From an archaeon (GTDB lineage Archaea; Iainarchaeota; Iainarchaeia; Iainarchaeales; JAAZKV01), in the NCBI GenBank assembly GCA_036170245.1, contig JAVHOV010000032.1:1-30647 (forward strand): DNA of 30,647 nucleotides. The letters run 5' to 3'. Position 1 is the stretch's first letter; the number at the start of each line of letters is the position of its first letter. A model generated the notes under the pieces. It searched no databases. It saw nothing but the letters and a program-made list of their open reading frames with translations, and was not told where the DNA came from. This document shows, one piece after another, positions 1 through 8,842 of this stretch. Made by a program: the position numbers and the translations under genes.

Positions 1-1
1 A

Positions 2-526
2 AAAGCAATAGGAAGAATGGATGAAGGTTTTATCCCCCTTTGTGATTTTATAATTAAAACAAAAAACTATTTTACTTCAAGTTCTTGTGCAGGAAGAATA
101 GCACTAATTGGTTTAAGCGAAGAAGAAACAAAACAAGAAAGTGCATTTTATAGAAAATGGCACAGGACTGTAAAAGAAAGTGAAGTACTTGAAGCAGTTC
201 ATGACTTTAATGGAGCAGTTCTTTGGTTTAAACAAGAACCGCTTATTTTGCACCTTGGAACAAACAATATTGAAAATGCCAAAAAGATACTAACTCTATG
301 CGAAAAAGTAGGAATCAAACGAGCAGGAATAAAAGTTGCAAAAGATGGAAAGTTTATTGCAGAAATACTTGGAACACAAAACATAAACGCCCCAATTAAA
401 GAAGGAAAAATGACTGTAACAGATGATTACTTGAAATATTTAGTAAAAAAAGGAAATGAGAAATTTGAAAAGAACCAGGAATTAATTGAAAAGTTGTACA
501 AAGAAGCAAAAAAAGAACTAAAATAA
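2..526 (+). CDS. taw3: tRNA wybutosine-pathway methyltransferase Taw3/Tyw3 (5'-truncated by window edge)
   Basis: TSSSCAGRI motif, KWH, QEPLILH and GIKRAGI match the Tyw3 family; the frame is open to the window start. Confidence 0.9.
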   Translation, partial: KAIGRMDEGFIPLCDFIIKTKNYFTSSSCAGRIALIGLSEEETKQESAFYRKWHRTVKESEVLEAVHDFNGAVLWFKQEPLILHLGTNNIENAKKILTLCEKVGIKRAGIKVAKDGKFIAEILGTQNINAPIKEGKMTVTDDYLKYLVKKGNEKFEKNQELIEKLYKEAKKELK

Positions 527-548
527 AACTAAAAGCGGTTGAAGAAAA

Positions 549-1070
549 ATGAAAAGACTTTTTGTTGCAATTGACGTTCCAAAAGATTTGAAAGAAAAAA
601 TAAATTCAGAGCTGACTGAACAACTTGGCGAAGTAAAAAAAGTTCCTAAAGAAAATCTACACATTACGCTTGCGTTCATTGGAGATGCTGGAGAAAACGC
701 AGAAAAAATAATAATTGAAAGACTCAAGAAAATTGAATTTTCAAAATTCCCTGTTTTGTTAAGTGGAACTGGAAGCTTTGATGAACGAGTAATATGGCTT
801 GGAGTACAAGCACTTGAACTTTACACACTTGCTGAAAACATTTCAAAAGAATTACATTTAGACAATGAATTCTCTGGGCACATCACAATTGCAAGAGCAA
901 AAGAAGGAAGAGACATTACTGAAAATTTCAAAAAGATAAGGGGAAAGAAAATAAACCAGACTATGAAAGTAGATAAATTTATTTTATTTGAAAGCAAACA
1001 GTCCGCCCTAGGGAGCGTTTATATTAAAGTCTGTGAATTTAAAGCAAGTAAAAAAGCCAAGAAAGAATAA
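549..1070 (+). CDS. thpR: RNA 2',3'-cyclic phosphodiesterase / 2'-5' RNA ligase (2H family)
   Basis: N-terminal RLFVAID and two HxT motifs (LHITL, GHITI). Confidence 0.92.
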   Translation: MKRLFVAIDVPKDLKEKINSELTEQLGEVKKVPKENLHITLAFIGDAGENAEKIIIERLKKIEFSKFPVLLSGTGSFDERVIWLGVQALELYTLAENISKELHLDNEFSGHITIARAKEGRDITENFKKIRGKKINQTMKVDKFILFESKQSALGSVYIKVCEFKASKKAKKE

Positions 1071-1095
1071 TTTTAATTCTTATTTAATCAATCAA

Positions 1096-2625
1096 CTATT
1101 GAAGATCAGAAATTGTTTTCAAAACTTTTTCAGGATTATAATAATAAGTATCAATTACTTCCAAAACTTCCAAAGGCTGCCTTATTCCTTCCTTAATCAT
1201 CCAATCCAACACTTTCTTTCTGATTGAAATTTCATTCATTACAGCTAACTTTGAAATAGAATTATTCAGCGCAATTTCTTCTAGAATTGTCCCTGATATC
1301 CCAGTTTTCTTTAAAGAATCACTCTTCTCATCAAAATCAAACAAAGTGCCAAACAAAACCTTGTCATTCATTCTGGACAATTCAACAATCTGAGTAACTC
1401 TTCGCTGCATTCCTTTTTCCTTAGAGAATCTTCTTTGCATAATTACAATTAAGTCAAGTAATGGAATCATTGCCTGCGGAACTGAAAGAGGTTTCTCCTG
1501 CAACTTTATCACTGCCTCTCGAGCATTATTTGCGTGAATTGTTCCTAAGCATCCTTGATGACCAGTATCCATTGCATTAAATAAAGACAATGCTTCTTCG
1601 CCTCTTACTTCACCAATAATTAACCTATCAGGTCTCATTCGCATTGCGTTCTTTAAAAGAGAATCCATCAAAACTTCAGCATTGGGGTTACTCCTTGCTT
1701 CAAGCGCAACCCAATTTTCTCTTGCTAATAAAGAAAGTTCAATTGTATCCTCTATTGAAATAACTCTTTCATTCAATCTTATAAAATTTGAAAGGATATT
1801 CAAAAAAGTTGTTTTACCACAAGCTGTTCCGCCGGCAACAACCATGTTCTGAGGAGAATTTCCAAATCCTTCAACCATTAACCACAAAAATGCAGCAGCT
1901 TCACTTGAAATAGTATTATTCTCAATCAAATCTAGAATTGTTAAAGGAATTGTAGAAAATTTTCTAATTGTTAATGTTGCCCCTGTTGGAGACAACTCTT
2001 GAATTGTTGCATTCACTCTTGAACCATCAGGAAGACGAGCATCAAGAACAGCATTTTTTCCGCCAAGTTCTTTTCCTATGGTTGATGCAATCTTCTGAAT
2101 AATTTCCACTAAATCTTTTTCATCTAAATTAATATCAGTTCTGCACATCCCATATTTTTTATGAAAAACAAAAATATTCTGCGGAGAGTTAACCATTAAT
2201 TCCTCCAAATCCTCATCGAGAGAAAAAAATGACAATTTCTTAATGCCAATTGAATTAAAAAGAACATATTCTGAAAACAACTTCTTGTCAACAATAAACT
2301 TTATTTGAGGAAGCAATTTTTGGAATGTACTTAATAAAAACTCAAGATCTTTTTTTGAAAGAAGTTTTTCACTAAGAGAATTTAGTTGAATATATGAAAC
2401 CACTTCATCCAAAAATTCATCATTAAAATCCTCAGGCAGACCATCAAATTTTTTTCTGAATAAAGAACCTTTTTGAATCTCCTTAATCAAAAAATCAGCC
2501 AAGTTTTTTTCTTTATCTGAAAAAACTGGGACTTTAGGGGAGTAAAAATTATTTGCTAGCCCTTGATGAATGTCTGCAAAAGAATTATTCTCAAGAAGCT
2601 TCAATTTTACTTCAGTAAATTGCAT
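1096..2625 (-). CDS. Type II/IV secretion or pilus assembly ATPase (CpaF/TadA/VirB11 family)
   Basis: LDARLPDGSRVNA, LTIRKF, Walker A GGTACGKTT, IEDTIEL, MRPDRLIIGEVRG, TGH..TIHA; ATG at 2625 preferred, ORF extends to GTG 2637. Confidence 0.9.
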   Translation of the reverse strand: MQFTEVKLKLLENNSFADIHQGLANNFYSPKVPVFSDKEKNLADFLIKEIQKGSLFRKKFDGLPEDFNDEFLDEVVSYIQLNSLSEKLLSKKDLEFLLSTFQKLLPQIKFIVDKKLFSEYVLFNSIGIKKLSFFSLDEDLEELMVNSPQNIFVFHKKYGMCRTDINLDEKDLVEIIQKIASTIGKELGGKNAVLDARLPDGSRVNATIQELSPTGATLTIRKFSTIPLTILDLIENNTISSEAAAFLWLMVEGFGNSPQNMVVAGGTACGKTTFLNILSNFIRLNERVISIEDTIELSLLARENWVALEARSNPNAEVLMDSLLKNAMRMRPDRLIIGEVRGEEALSLFNAMDTGHQGCLGTIHANNAREAVIKLQEKPLSVPQAMIPLLDLIVIMQRRFSKEKGMQRRVTQIVELSRMNDKVLFGTLFDFDEKSDSLKKTGISGTILEEIALNNSISKLAVMNEISIRKKVLDWMIKEGIRQPLEVLEVIDTYYYNPEKVLKTISDLQ

Positions 2626-2687
2626 CTTTAAACACACTCATATATAAAGAAAAGGAGTATATAAGTTATTCGAAAAGGTAATACAAA

Positions 2688-4052
2688 ATGCAAAAAATAC
2701 TTTCAATTGTATTGAAGAAAATTACCCCTTCAAAAAAAGAAATTCAATCTGAAGAACAAATGGTTAAAGAAATACGCCAAAAATTATCAAAAATTAAGGG
2801 AAAACATTCACACCTTGAATGGTGCGGTTCAAGCGCAAGAGGAACACACCTTTGCGGAGACAGGGATTTAGATTTATTCATAATGTTTGACAAAAAACTA
2901 AGTGAAGAAGAACTGGAAAAAGAAGGACTTGGTACTGCAAAAAAAATATTTAAAGGATCAAAATGGGAAAAAGCATACTCACAACACCCATACATACGAG
3001 GAGAAATAAAAGGATTTGAAATAGAACTTGTTCCAAGCTATATTGTTGAATCAGGCGCGGATAAAAAAAGCGCGGTTGATAGAACCCCATTCCACAATAA
3101 ATTTTTGCTTGAAAGAATGAATGAAAAACAAAAAAGCGACGCAAGACTACTAAAGCAATTTCTAAAAGGTATTGGAGCATACGGGGCAGATTTGAAAAAC
3201 TGTGCTCTCCCAGGATATGCTGCAGAACTGATGATTCTTTATTACACTTCATTTGAAAAAACAATTCAAGCCTTAAGCGAAATGAAACAGGGAAAGATAA
3301 TTGATTTCTTTGGCGAAGAAGAAAAAGCAAAGCAATTATTCAAAGGCCAAAATTATCCTCTTATTATAATTGATCCAGTAGATAAAAACAGAAATGTGGC
3401 TTCAGCATTAAGCATTGAACAATTTGAAAGAATGGTTTTAGCAGCAAAATTATTCATAAAAAATCCTAAAAAAGAATTCTTCTTCCCTAAAAATATTACC
3501 CCCCTGCCAAAAAGCAAGGTGAAGAAATTATTAGGACAAAAAGAACTAATTGCAATAAAAATGCCTTTTCCAAAAAAAGAATTAGCAGATCTTGTCTGGG
3601 GGCAATTAAGAAGAGAAGAAAGAAAGTTAAAAACAAGGCTTGAAGAAAATGACTTCACTGTAATTCAGGCAAATCTTTGGAGTGATGAAGAAACAGTTTA
3701 TTTCATATTTGAACTTGAAAGCACCTCTTTGCAAAAAGCAAAGAAAATATTCGGGCCAAAAGCAAGTGACAACGAGAACTCTAAAAAGTTCCTTGAAAAG
3801 AAAAGAAAAGTAATTTCAGGGCCAAGAATCGAGGAAGGAAAACTAGTTCTCGAAATAGAAAGAGAATTTACTAATGCAAAAGACTTTTTAACTAAAGAAT
3901 TAAAAAACGAAACAAAAAGCGAAACTAAATCAATCAAATATGGACTTAAATATGCAAAAGTACTTTCTGAAAAAGAAATCCTACAAAATTATGAAGGAGA
4001 ATTCGCAAAATATTTTACAACTTACCTGAAAGGAAAAGAAATATTTGAATAA
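2688..4052 (+). CDS. cca: Archaeal class I CCA-adding enzyme
   Basis: GSSARGTHL..DRDLDLF nucleotidyltransferase motif, YSQHPY, SAVDRTPFH, IIDPVD..RNVA. Confidence 0.95.
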   Translation: MQKILSIVLKKITPSKKEIQSEEQMVKEIRQKLSKIKGKHSHLEWCGSSARGTHLCGDRDLDLFIMFDKKLSEEELEKEGLGTAKKIFKGSKWEKAYSQHPYIRGEIKGFEIELVPSYIVESGADKKSAVDRTPFHNKFLLERMNEKQKSDARLLKQFLKGIGAYGADLKNCALPGYAAELMILYYTSFEKTIQALSEMKQGKIIDFFGEEEKAKQLFKGQNYPLIIIDPVDKNRNVASALSIEQFERMVLAAKLFIKNPKKEFFFPKNITPLPKSKVKKLLGQKELIAIKMPFPKKELADLVWGQLRREERKLKTRLEENDFTVIQANLWSDEETVYFIFELESTSLQKAKKIFGPKASDNENSKKFLEKKRKVISGPRIEEGKLVLEIEREFTNAKDFLTKELKNETKSETKSIKYGLKYAKVLSEKEILQNYEGEFAKYFTTYLKGKEIFE

Positions 4053-4063
4053 AGGGTGAAATT

Positions 4064-4618
4064 TTGTTTGGAAAAATAATTGCAGATATAAAAATCGTAA
4101 AAAAAAATGATCCTTCCGCAAAAAATTATTTTGAAGTAATTCTTTGCCATACCCCATTATGGGCTATAATTGCATATAGAATTGCACATCCTCTTGCAAA
4201 AATAAATGTTCCCTTAATCCCAAAATTAATTATGACTTTAATGAAAGTACTTACAGGAATTGAAATTAACCCTAATGCAAAAATTGGAAAAAGTTTCTTT
4301 ATTGATCACGGAGTAGGCACAGTAATTGGAGAAACCGCTGAAATTGGAGACAATTGTACATTATTTCATAATGTAACTCTTGGGGGAACTGGAAAACACC
4401 AAGGAAAAAGACACCCAACATTAGGAAACAATGTTTTAGTTGGAGTAGGGGCAACTCTTCTTGGACCCATTATTATTGGAGACAATGTAAAAATTGGGGC
4501 AGATACTTTTGTTATAATGAAAAATATTCCCTCAAACTGCACGGTTGTAGGAGCACCAGGAAAAATTGTAAAATTGAACGGAAAGAAAGTAAACCTTGCA
4601 CTCAAAAGAACTAATTAA
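4064..4618 (+). CDS. cysE: Serine O-acetyltransferase (CysE/EpsC-type hexapeptide-repeat acyltransferase)
   Basis: DPSA, FFIDHGVGTVIGETA, VTLGGTG...KRHPTLG, VVGAPGK; TTG start preceded by GGGTGA Shine-Dalgarno. Confidence 0.85.
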   Translation: MFGKIIADIKIVKKNDPSAKNYFEVILCHTPLWAIIAYRIAHPLAKINVPLIPKLIMTLMKVLTGIEINPNAKIGKSFFIDHGVGTVIGETAEIGDNCTLFHNVTLGGTGKHQGKRHPTLGNNVLVGVGATLLGPIIIGDNVKIGADTFVIMKNIPSNCTVVGAPGKIVKLNGKKVNLALKRTN

Positions 4619-4667
4619 TTAATATATTAGAAAACCCTCTTTATAACAAAAACAAGGTGATGGAGAA

Positions 4668-4991
4668 ATGGGAAGATATGGTGGATCAGCAGGAATGCTA
4701 AAAAAGCTAAAACAAAAAAGAGCAGCACAACTTGGTGTGCCAACACACAGAGTTGGAATGGTGGGAGTTGCAAAAGCAAGCGGGCTTAGGGTAGATACTA
4801 GAGGAAAAGCAAAACCAGTATTTACAGTTAAAATACAACCAAGAGAAGTCAGAATGACAGATTATATTACAGGCCAATCAGTTTATGCAAGACAACAAAA
4901 AGGAACTGTATCTGATCTTAACAAAGCACTTAATCAAATGAAGAAAGTTGATGCAAAGTTTTTGCAATTGCCAAAAAAAAGAAGGAAGTAA
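4668..4991 (+). CDS. Hypothetical highly basic protein
   Basis: 107-aa ORF with GGTGA SD and an upstream TTTATAAC TATA-like box; ends KKRRK. Confidence 0.65.
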   Translation: MGRYGGSAGMLKKLKQKRAAQLGVPTHRVGMVGVAKASGLRVDTRGKAKPVFTVKIQPREVRMTDYITGQSVYARQQKGTVSDLNKALNQMKKVDAKFLQLPKKRRK

Positions 4992-4998
4992 ATTAAAG

Positions 4999-5091
4999 CG
5001 GGCCTGGAGGGAATCGAACCCCCATCTCGGGATTTCTTCAAAAACTAAATTTTGCCGAAGTCCCGCCGGTTATCCATTGCCACACGGGCCC
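4999..5091 (-). tRNA. tRNA-Arg(UCG) with a 21-nt intron at 37/38 (5034-5054)
   Basis: Cloverleaf GGGCCCG...CAGGCCC-G, anticodon stem CGGGA/TCCCG, TTCGATT T-loop; canonical bulge-helix-bulge (CTTC/GAAG central helix, GG^C and AA^A bulges); CCA not encoded. Confidence 0.93.
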
Positions 5092-5254
5092 TTATACAAT
5101 AAAATAGGGTAAAGTCAATTTTTAATCCTTAGGATGAGAAGAGGTTTAATTTTAGGATAATAAATTAGCTTTTTTATCCGCCAAAATGAACCTTTTTAAA
5201 CGTTCCACTTAAGGAATTATTGTATTAGATATTATCATATTAAAGGTGAGAAGA

Positions 5255-5410
5255 ATGAAAACATGTACAACATGCAACAAAGTTGTTACAAACAAGCACA
5301 TAGAATTCAAGTGCCCTAGTTGCGGAAAAACAACAATAGTTAGATGCGAAAGCTGCAAAGAAGACGCAAAAACATACACATGCAAAGAATGCGGATTCGT
5401 TGGACCATAA
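5255..5410 (+). CDS. Small zinc-ribbon protein (DUF1610/HVO_2753-like), 51 aa, absent from the ORF track
   Basis: MKTCTTC...FKCPSCG..IVRCESC...YTCKECGFVGP has four CxxC motifs; GGTGA SD; usual position upstream of aEF-1beta. Confidence 0.92.
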   Translation: MKTCTTCNKVVTNKHIEFKCPSCGKTTIVRCESCKEDAKTYTCKECGFVGP

Positions 5411-5450
5411 ATAATAAAATTAATCTTAAATCTAAAGGAATTGACCTAAA

Positions 5451-5711
5451 ATGGGAAAAATAATGATAATATTCAAAGTATTCACTGACCCAGAAAACTT
5501 GGATGCAGTTGAAAAATCTTTGAGAGCAATAACTGTAGGGGAATTCAAGGACCTAAAAAGAGAACCAATAGGATTTGGAATAGAAGTAATAAGAGTTGGA
5601 TACTTAATCTCTGACAAAGTTGAAGGACTAATGAACCAACTTGAAGACGCAGTAAATAAAGTTCCTTTAATTAACCAAGCTGAAGTAGAAATGACAACAA
5701 TAATAAGTTGA
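5451..5711 (+). CDS. ef1b: Translation elongation factor aEF-1beta
   Basis: EPIGFGI motif, 86-aa size, synteny with the zinc-ribbon gene. Confidence 0.92.
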   Translation: MGKIMIIFKVFTDPENLDAVEKSLRAITVGEFKDLKREPIGFGIEVIRVGYLISDKVEGLMNQLEDAVNKVPLINQAEVEMTTIIS

Positions 5712-5806
5712 AGTCATTTTTCCCCCACAACTTCCTAATTTTAATTTTTTATAAAGCTAAAAACACTACCTTCTTGTTTTTATGATTTTCCCACTAATAC
5801 TTACTT

Positions 5807-8251
5807 ATGATTACTTCTCTTACCCTCAATAATTGGAGAACGCACTCCCAAACTACTTTGGAATTTGGGAAAGGAACTAATGTAATTATTGGAGTAATGG
5901 GGAGCGGAAAAAGCTCTGTAGTAAACGCAATATGCTATTCTCTGTTTGGGACTTTTCCTGCACTAAAGAACAGAAGTGTTTCTTTGGAAGAAGTAATAAT
6001 GAATAAACCAAATACCCAAAATAGTGCAGAAACTAAAATAGAATTTAATCAGGATGGAAAAAATTACCGAGTTGAAAGAATAATAAAAAGAGATTCAACT
6101 AATGAAGCAAAATTATATGAAGACAATAAATTAATTGCAGGCCCAAAACAAAAAGATGTAAATGAAAAAGTCGAAAAACTTCTTGGACTCAATTATGAAC
6201 TATTTAGCAGAGCAGTATATGCCGAACAAAATGAAATGGATTTCTTTTTGAAATTATCCCCTTCAGAACGAAAAAAGAAATTTGATGAACTATTGGAACT
6301 TGAAAAATATGAAGAAGCAAGAAAAAACGCAACTACCCTGCAAAATGATCTTGCAAAGGAAAACAAACAGAGAAAAGAAATGATTGATACTCAAAAAGAG
6401 GCAATCAAATCCCATGAAGAAGAAAAAATAATAAGCCAAATAAAAGAAGAAGAACAACTAATCCAATCAATCAATTTTGAAGTTGCCAAAATTACAAAAG
6501 AACTACCCTTGATTGAGAGGGACTATTCAGTTTTAATTGAAAAGGAAAAAATACAAAAAACCCTTTCTGAAATGAAAGTAAAAACGGAAGAACGAATAAA
6601 ATCAATAAATGAATTTTTGGACAAAAACAAAATGCTTGATGAAACAAAAACTGCACAGGAAATTGAAGAACAAAAAGATAAAATAAAAGAAAATGAGATT
6701 GAGCTTATTAAAGTTTCAAATAAACTTGAAGAATTATTAAAAAAAGAGAAAGAAAACAAAATGATTGAAGATTTACTTATAAAAATAAACTCAAAAATTG
6801 AAACATTAAAAGAAGAATTATCCAAAAGTGGAAAAATTACGCTAAAAGAAACAATACTGCTTTTGGAAAAAACTATTACTGAAACTGAAGAATTTAAAAC
6901 AAAAATAACGGCAGCTGAAAAAGAAGAGAAAGAGGTTCAGGTTTTAATAAAAAAGAATGATGAAGAAATCAGGATAATTGAACACGAAAAAAAACAAATC
7001 AATAACGAGGAAAAAGACATTTCAAATTTAAAAGGCAAATGCCCCACTTGCAAGCAAGAGCTAAACGAGGATCATAAAAAACACTTAGCTAGTGAATTTG
7101 AAGAAAAACTTAAAGCCTTGGAATTTACATTCGTTGAATTTGAAAAAGCCAAAAAACTAAATGAGTCAAAACTAAAAGCAATACAAGAAGATAAAGCAAA
7201 AATAGCAAAAAACCTTGAAGAAAAAACAAAAGAACAATACACTCTTGAAGCATCCAAAAAACAATTAAATGAAATTGAAGATAAAAGAAAACAACTCACT
7301 AACTTTGAAGAAGAAGCACCTAAAATTAAAAAACAATTAACCCAAACTGGTTTTGACAAAGAAAAATTGGAAGAAACAAGAAAAAACAAAAATGAACTTG
7401 AAAAGAAAATAAGCGAAATAAAAAATAAAATTGCACTAAAAGAACAGGAACATAAACTTGCACTTGAAAAGAAACAAAAAGAAGAGCAACTAGAGAAAGA
7501 AACCAAGAATTTAGATAAAACTAAAATTGAACTTGACACTAACAAATTTGATAAAAACGAACTTGAAAAAATAAGAGAAAATTTGTACTCAAAAAAGAGT
7601 TCATTAAATTTAGCTCAAGAAAAAATCAGATCAAAAGTTGAACTGAAAAAAAGCTATGAAAATACCCTTAATAAAATTTCACAAATAAAAAAAACAATTG
7701 AGGACCAGGAGAAACACATAACTAAATCAATGCAAGCAAGTGAAAAACTAGGAATATTTGCTAATTGCTTAATTGCAACACAACTCGAACTGCGAGAAGC
7801 AATGCTTGACACAATAAACCAGGCAATGACTACAATATGGCAGGCAGTTTACCCCTACCAAGATTTTACTGACGCAAGACTTTGCGTAGTTGAAGGAGGA
7901 TATGATTTACAGGTGCTTACAAGAAACAATGAATGGACACGAGTTGAGGGAATACTGTCAGGCGGGGAAAGAAGTGCTGCTGCGCTTTGTATTAGAATTG
8001 CTTTTGCACTTGTATTAACAAAGAAACTTTCAATGTTAATCCTTGACGAACCAACACACAACCTGGATTCAAATGCGGTTGGAAAATTAAGCGAAATGCT
8101 AAGAGAAGAACTGCCAAAATTGGTTGAACAAATATTTGTCATAACACACGACAAAAACCTAGAAGGAGCTGCTTCGTGCAACCTGTATTTATTGAAAAGA
8201 AACAAGGATACTGACGAATCAACAAAAATAGAAAATATTTCTTCCTACTAA
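5807..8251 (+). CDS. rad50: Rad50 SMC-family ATPase
   Basis: Walker A GVMGSGKSS, Q-loop YAEQ, central CPTC zinc hook between coiled coils, LSGGE signature, ILDEPT Walker B, ITHD. Confidence 0.92.
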   Translation: MITSLTLNNWRTHSQTTLEFGKGTNVIIGVMGSGKSSVVNAICYSLFGTFPALKNRSVSLEEVIMNKPNTQNSAETKIEFNQDGKNYRVERIIKRDSTNEAKLYEDNKLIAGPKQKDVNEKVEKLLGLNYELFSRAVYAEQNEMDFFLKLSPSERKKKFDELLELEKYEEARKNATTLQNDLAKENKQRKEMIDTQKEAIKSHEEEKIISQIKEEEQLIQSINFEVAKITKELPLIERDYSVLIEKEKIQKTLSEMKVKTEERIKSINEFLDKNKMLDETKTAQEIEEQKDKIKENEIELIKVSNKLEELLKKEKENKMIEDLLIKINSKIETLKEELSKSGKITLKETILLLEKTITETEEFKTKITAAEKEEKEVQVLIKKNDEEIRIIEHEKKQINNEEKDISNLKGKCPTCKQELNEDHKKHLASEFEEKLKALEFTFVEFEKAKKLNESKLKAIQEDKAKIAKNLEEKTKEQYTLEASKKQLNEIEDKRKQLTNFEEEAPKIKKQLTQTGFDKEKLEETRKNKNELEKKISEIKNKIALKEQEHKLALEKKQKEEQLEKETKNLDKTKIELDTNKFDKNELEKIRENLYSKKSSLNLAQEKIRSKVELKKSYENTLNKISQIKKTIEDQEKHITKSMQASEKLGIFANCLIATQLELREAMLDTINQAMTTIWQAVYPYQDFTDARLCVVEGGYDLQVLTRNNEWTRVEGILSGGERSAAALCIRIAFALVLTKKLSMLILDEPTHNLDSNAVGKLSEMLREELPKLVEQIFVITHDKNLEGAASCNLYLLKRNKDTDESTKIENISSY

Positions 8252-8300
8252 AAGAAGAAAATTAAATAAAAAAAATAGATAAAAAGCTGTTAAACTAAAT

Positions 8301-8507
8301 TTACTTTAATTCATTAGCTTTCTTCTTCTTTGCTTCTCTAACAATATAACCTGCTAGAATGTTTCTTGTGGTTTTTGACAAGTGCAAATCCTTAATATTA
8401 TTCAATTCAGTTTTGTTCTTTTCAAAGTTTTCTCCAAATTTTTCAGGAAATTCTTCAAGCAAAACTTCTCCTTTGTATTTAGTTTGTTTAGCTACTGACT
8501 TACCCAT
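8301..8507 (-). CDS. rps17e: Ribosomal protein eS17
   Basis: MGK..., F..NFE.NK, SK..RNILAGYI. Confidence 0.92.
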   Translation of the reverse strand: MGKSVAKQTKYKGEVLLEEFPEKFGENFEKNKTELNNIKDLHLSKTTRNILAGYIVREAKKKKANELK

Positions 8508-8521
8508 TTATCTCACCAAAT

Positions 8522-8731
8522 TTATTCGAATAATTCAACTCTTTTTATTGTTCCATTAGGGAACTTTCTTAAAACTGATAAAGGCAAAACCTTTTGTGCA
8601 AATTCTTTCTGTGCAACTTCAAGCATGCTTAATTCGCTTGTTCTTTTAACTAAAGGAGGAGCCCCTAAAGATAACTGAAGTGACCTTGCACTTAAAACTC
8701 TTGTTAATTCAAATCTTGTAAGTCTAGACAT
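8522..8731 (-). CDS. rpo6: RNA polymerase subunit Rpo6 (RpoK)
   Basis: LTRFE..RVLSARSLQLSLGAPPLV ... LPLSVLR. Confidence 0.95.
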   Translation of the reverse strand: MSRLTRFELTRVLSARSLQLSLGAPPLVKRTSELSMLEVAQKEFAQKVLPLSVLRKFPNGTIKRVELFE

Positions 8732-8842
8732 TTCAATTCACCAAGCTTAATACAATAACTTTCATAAAGCAACCTTTAAAAACGTAGCTGGGAAGGTAAA
8801 AAAATGAGCCAAAACCATTGTATTAAGCCAAAGGGCATTAAT

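Noticed and set aside
5047..5060. CTTCGGCAAAATTT in tRNA-Arg as a fourth copy of the repair-promoter element
   Set aside because: It is formed by the anticodon and intron start and has no TATA box at the required spacing; in-gene CGGCAA hits near 1833 and 12504 also lack the context
5712..5806. rad50 promoter as a member of the CGGCAAWTT regulon
   Set aside because: A TATA-like TTTTTATG is present, but the element is absent on both strands
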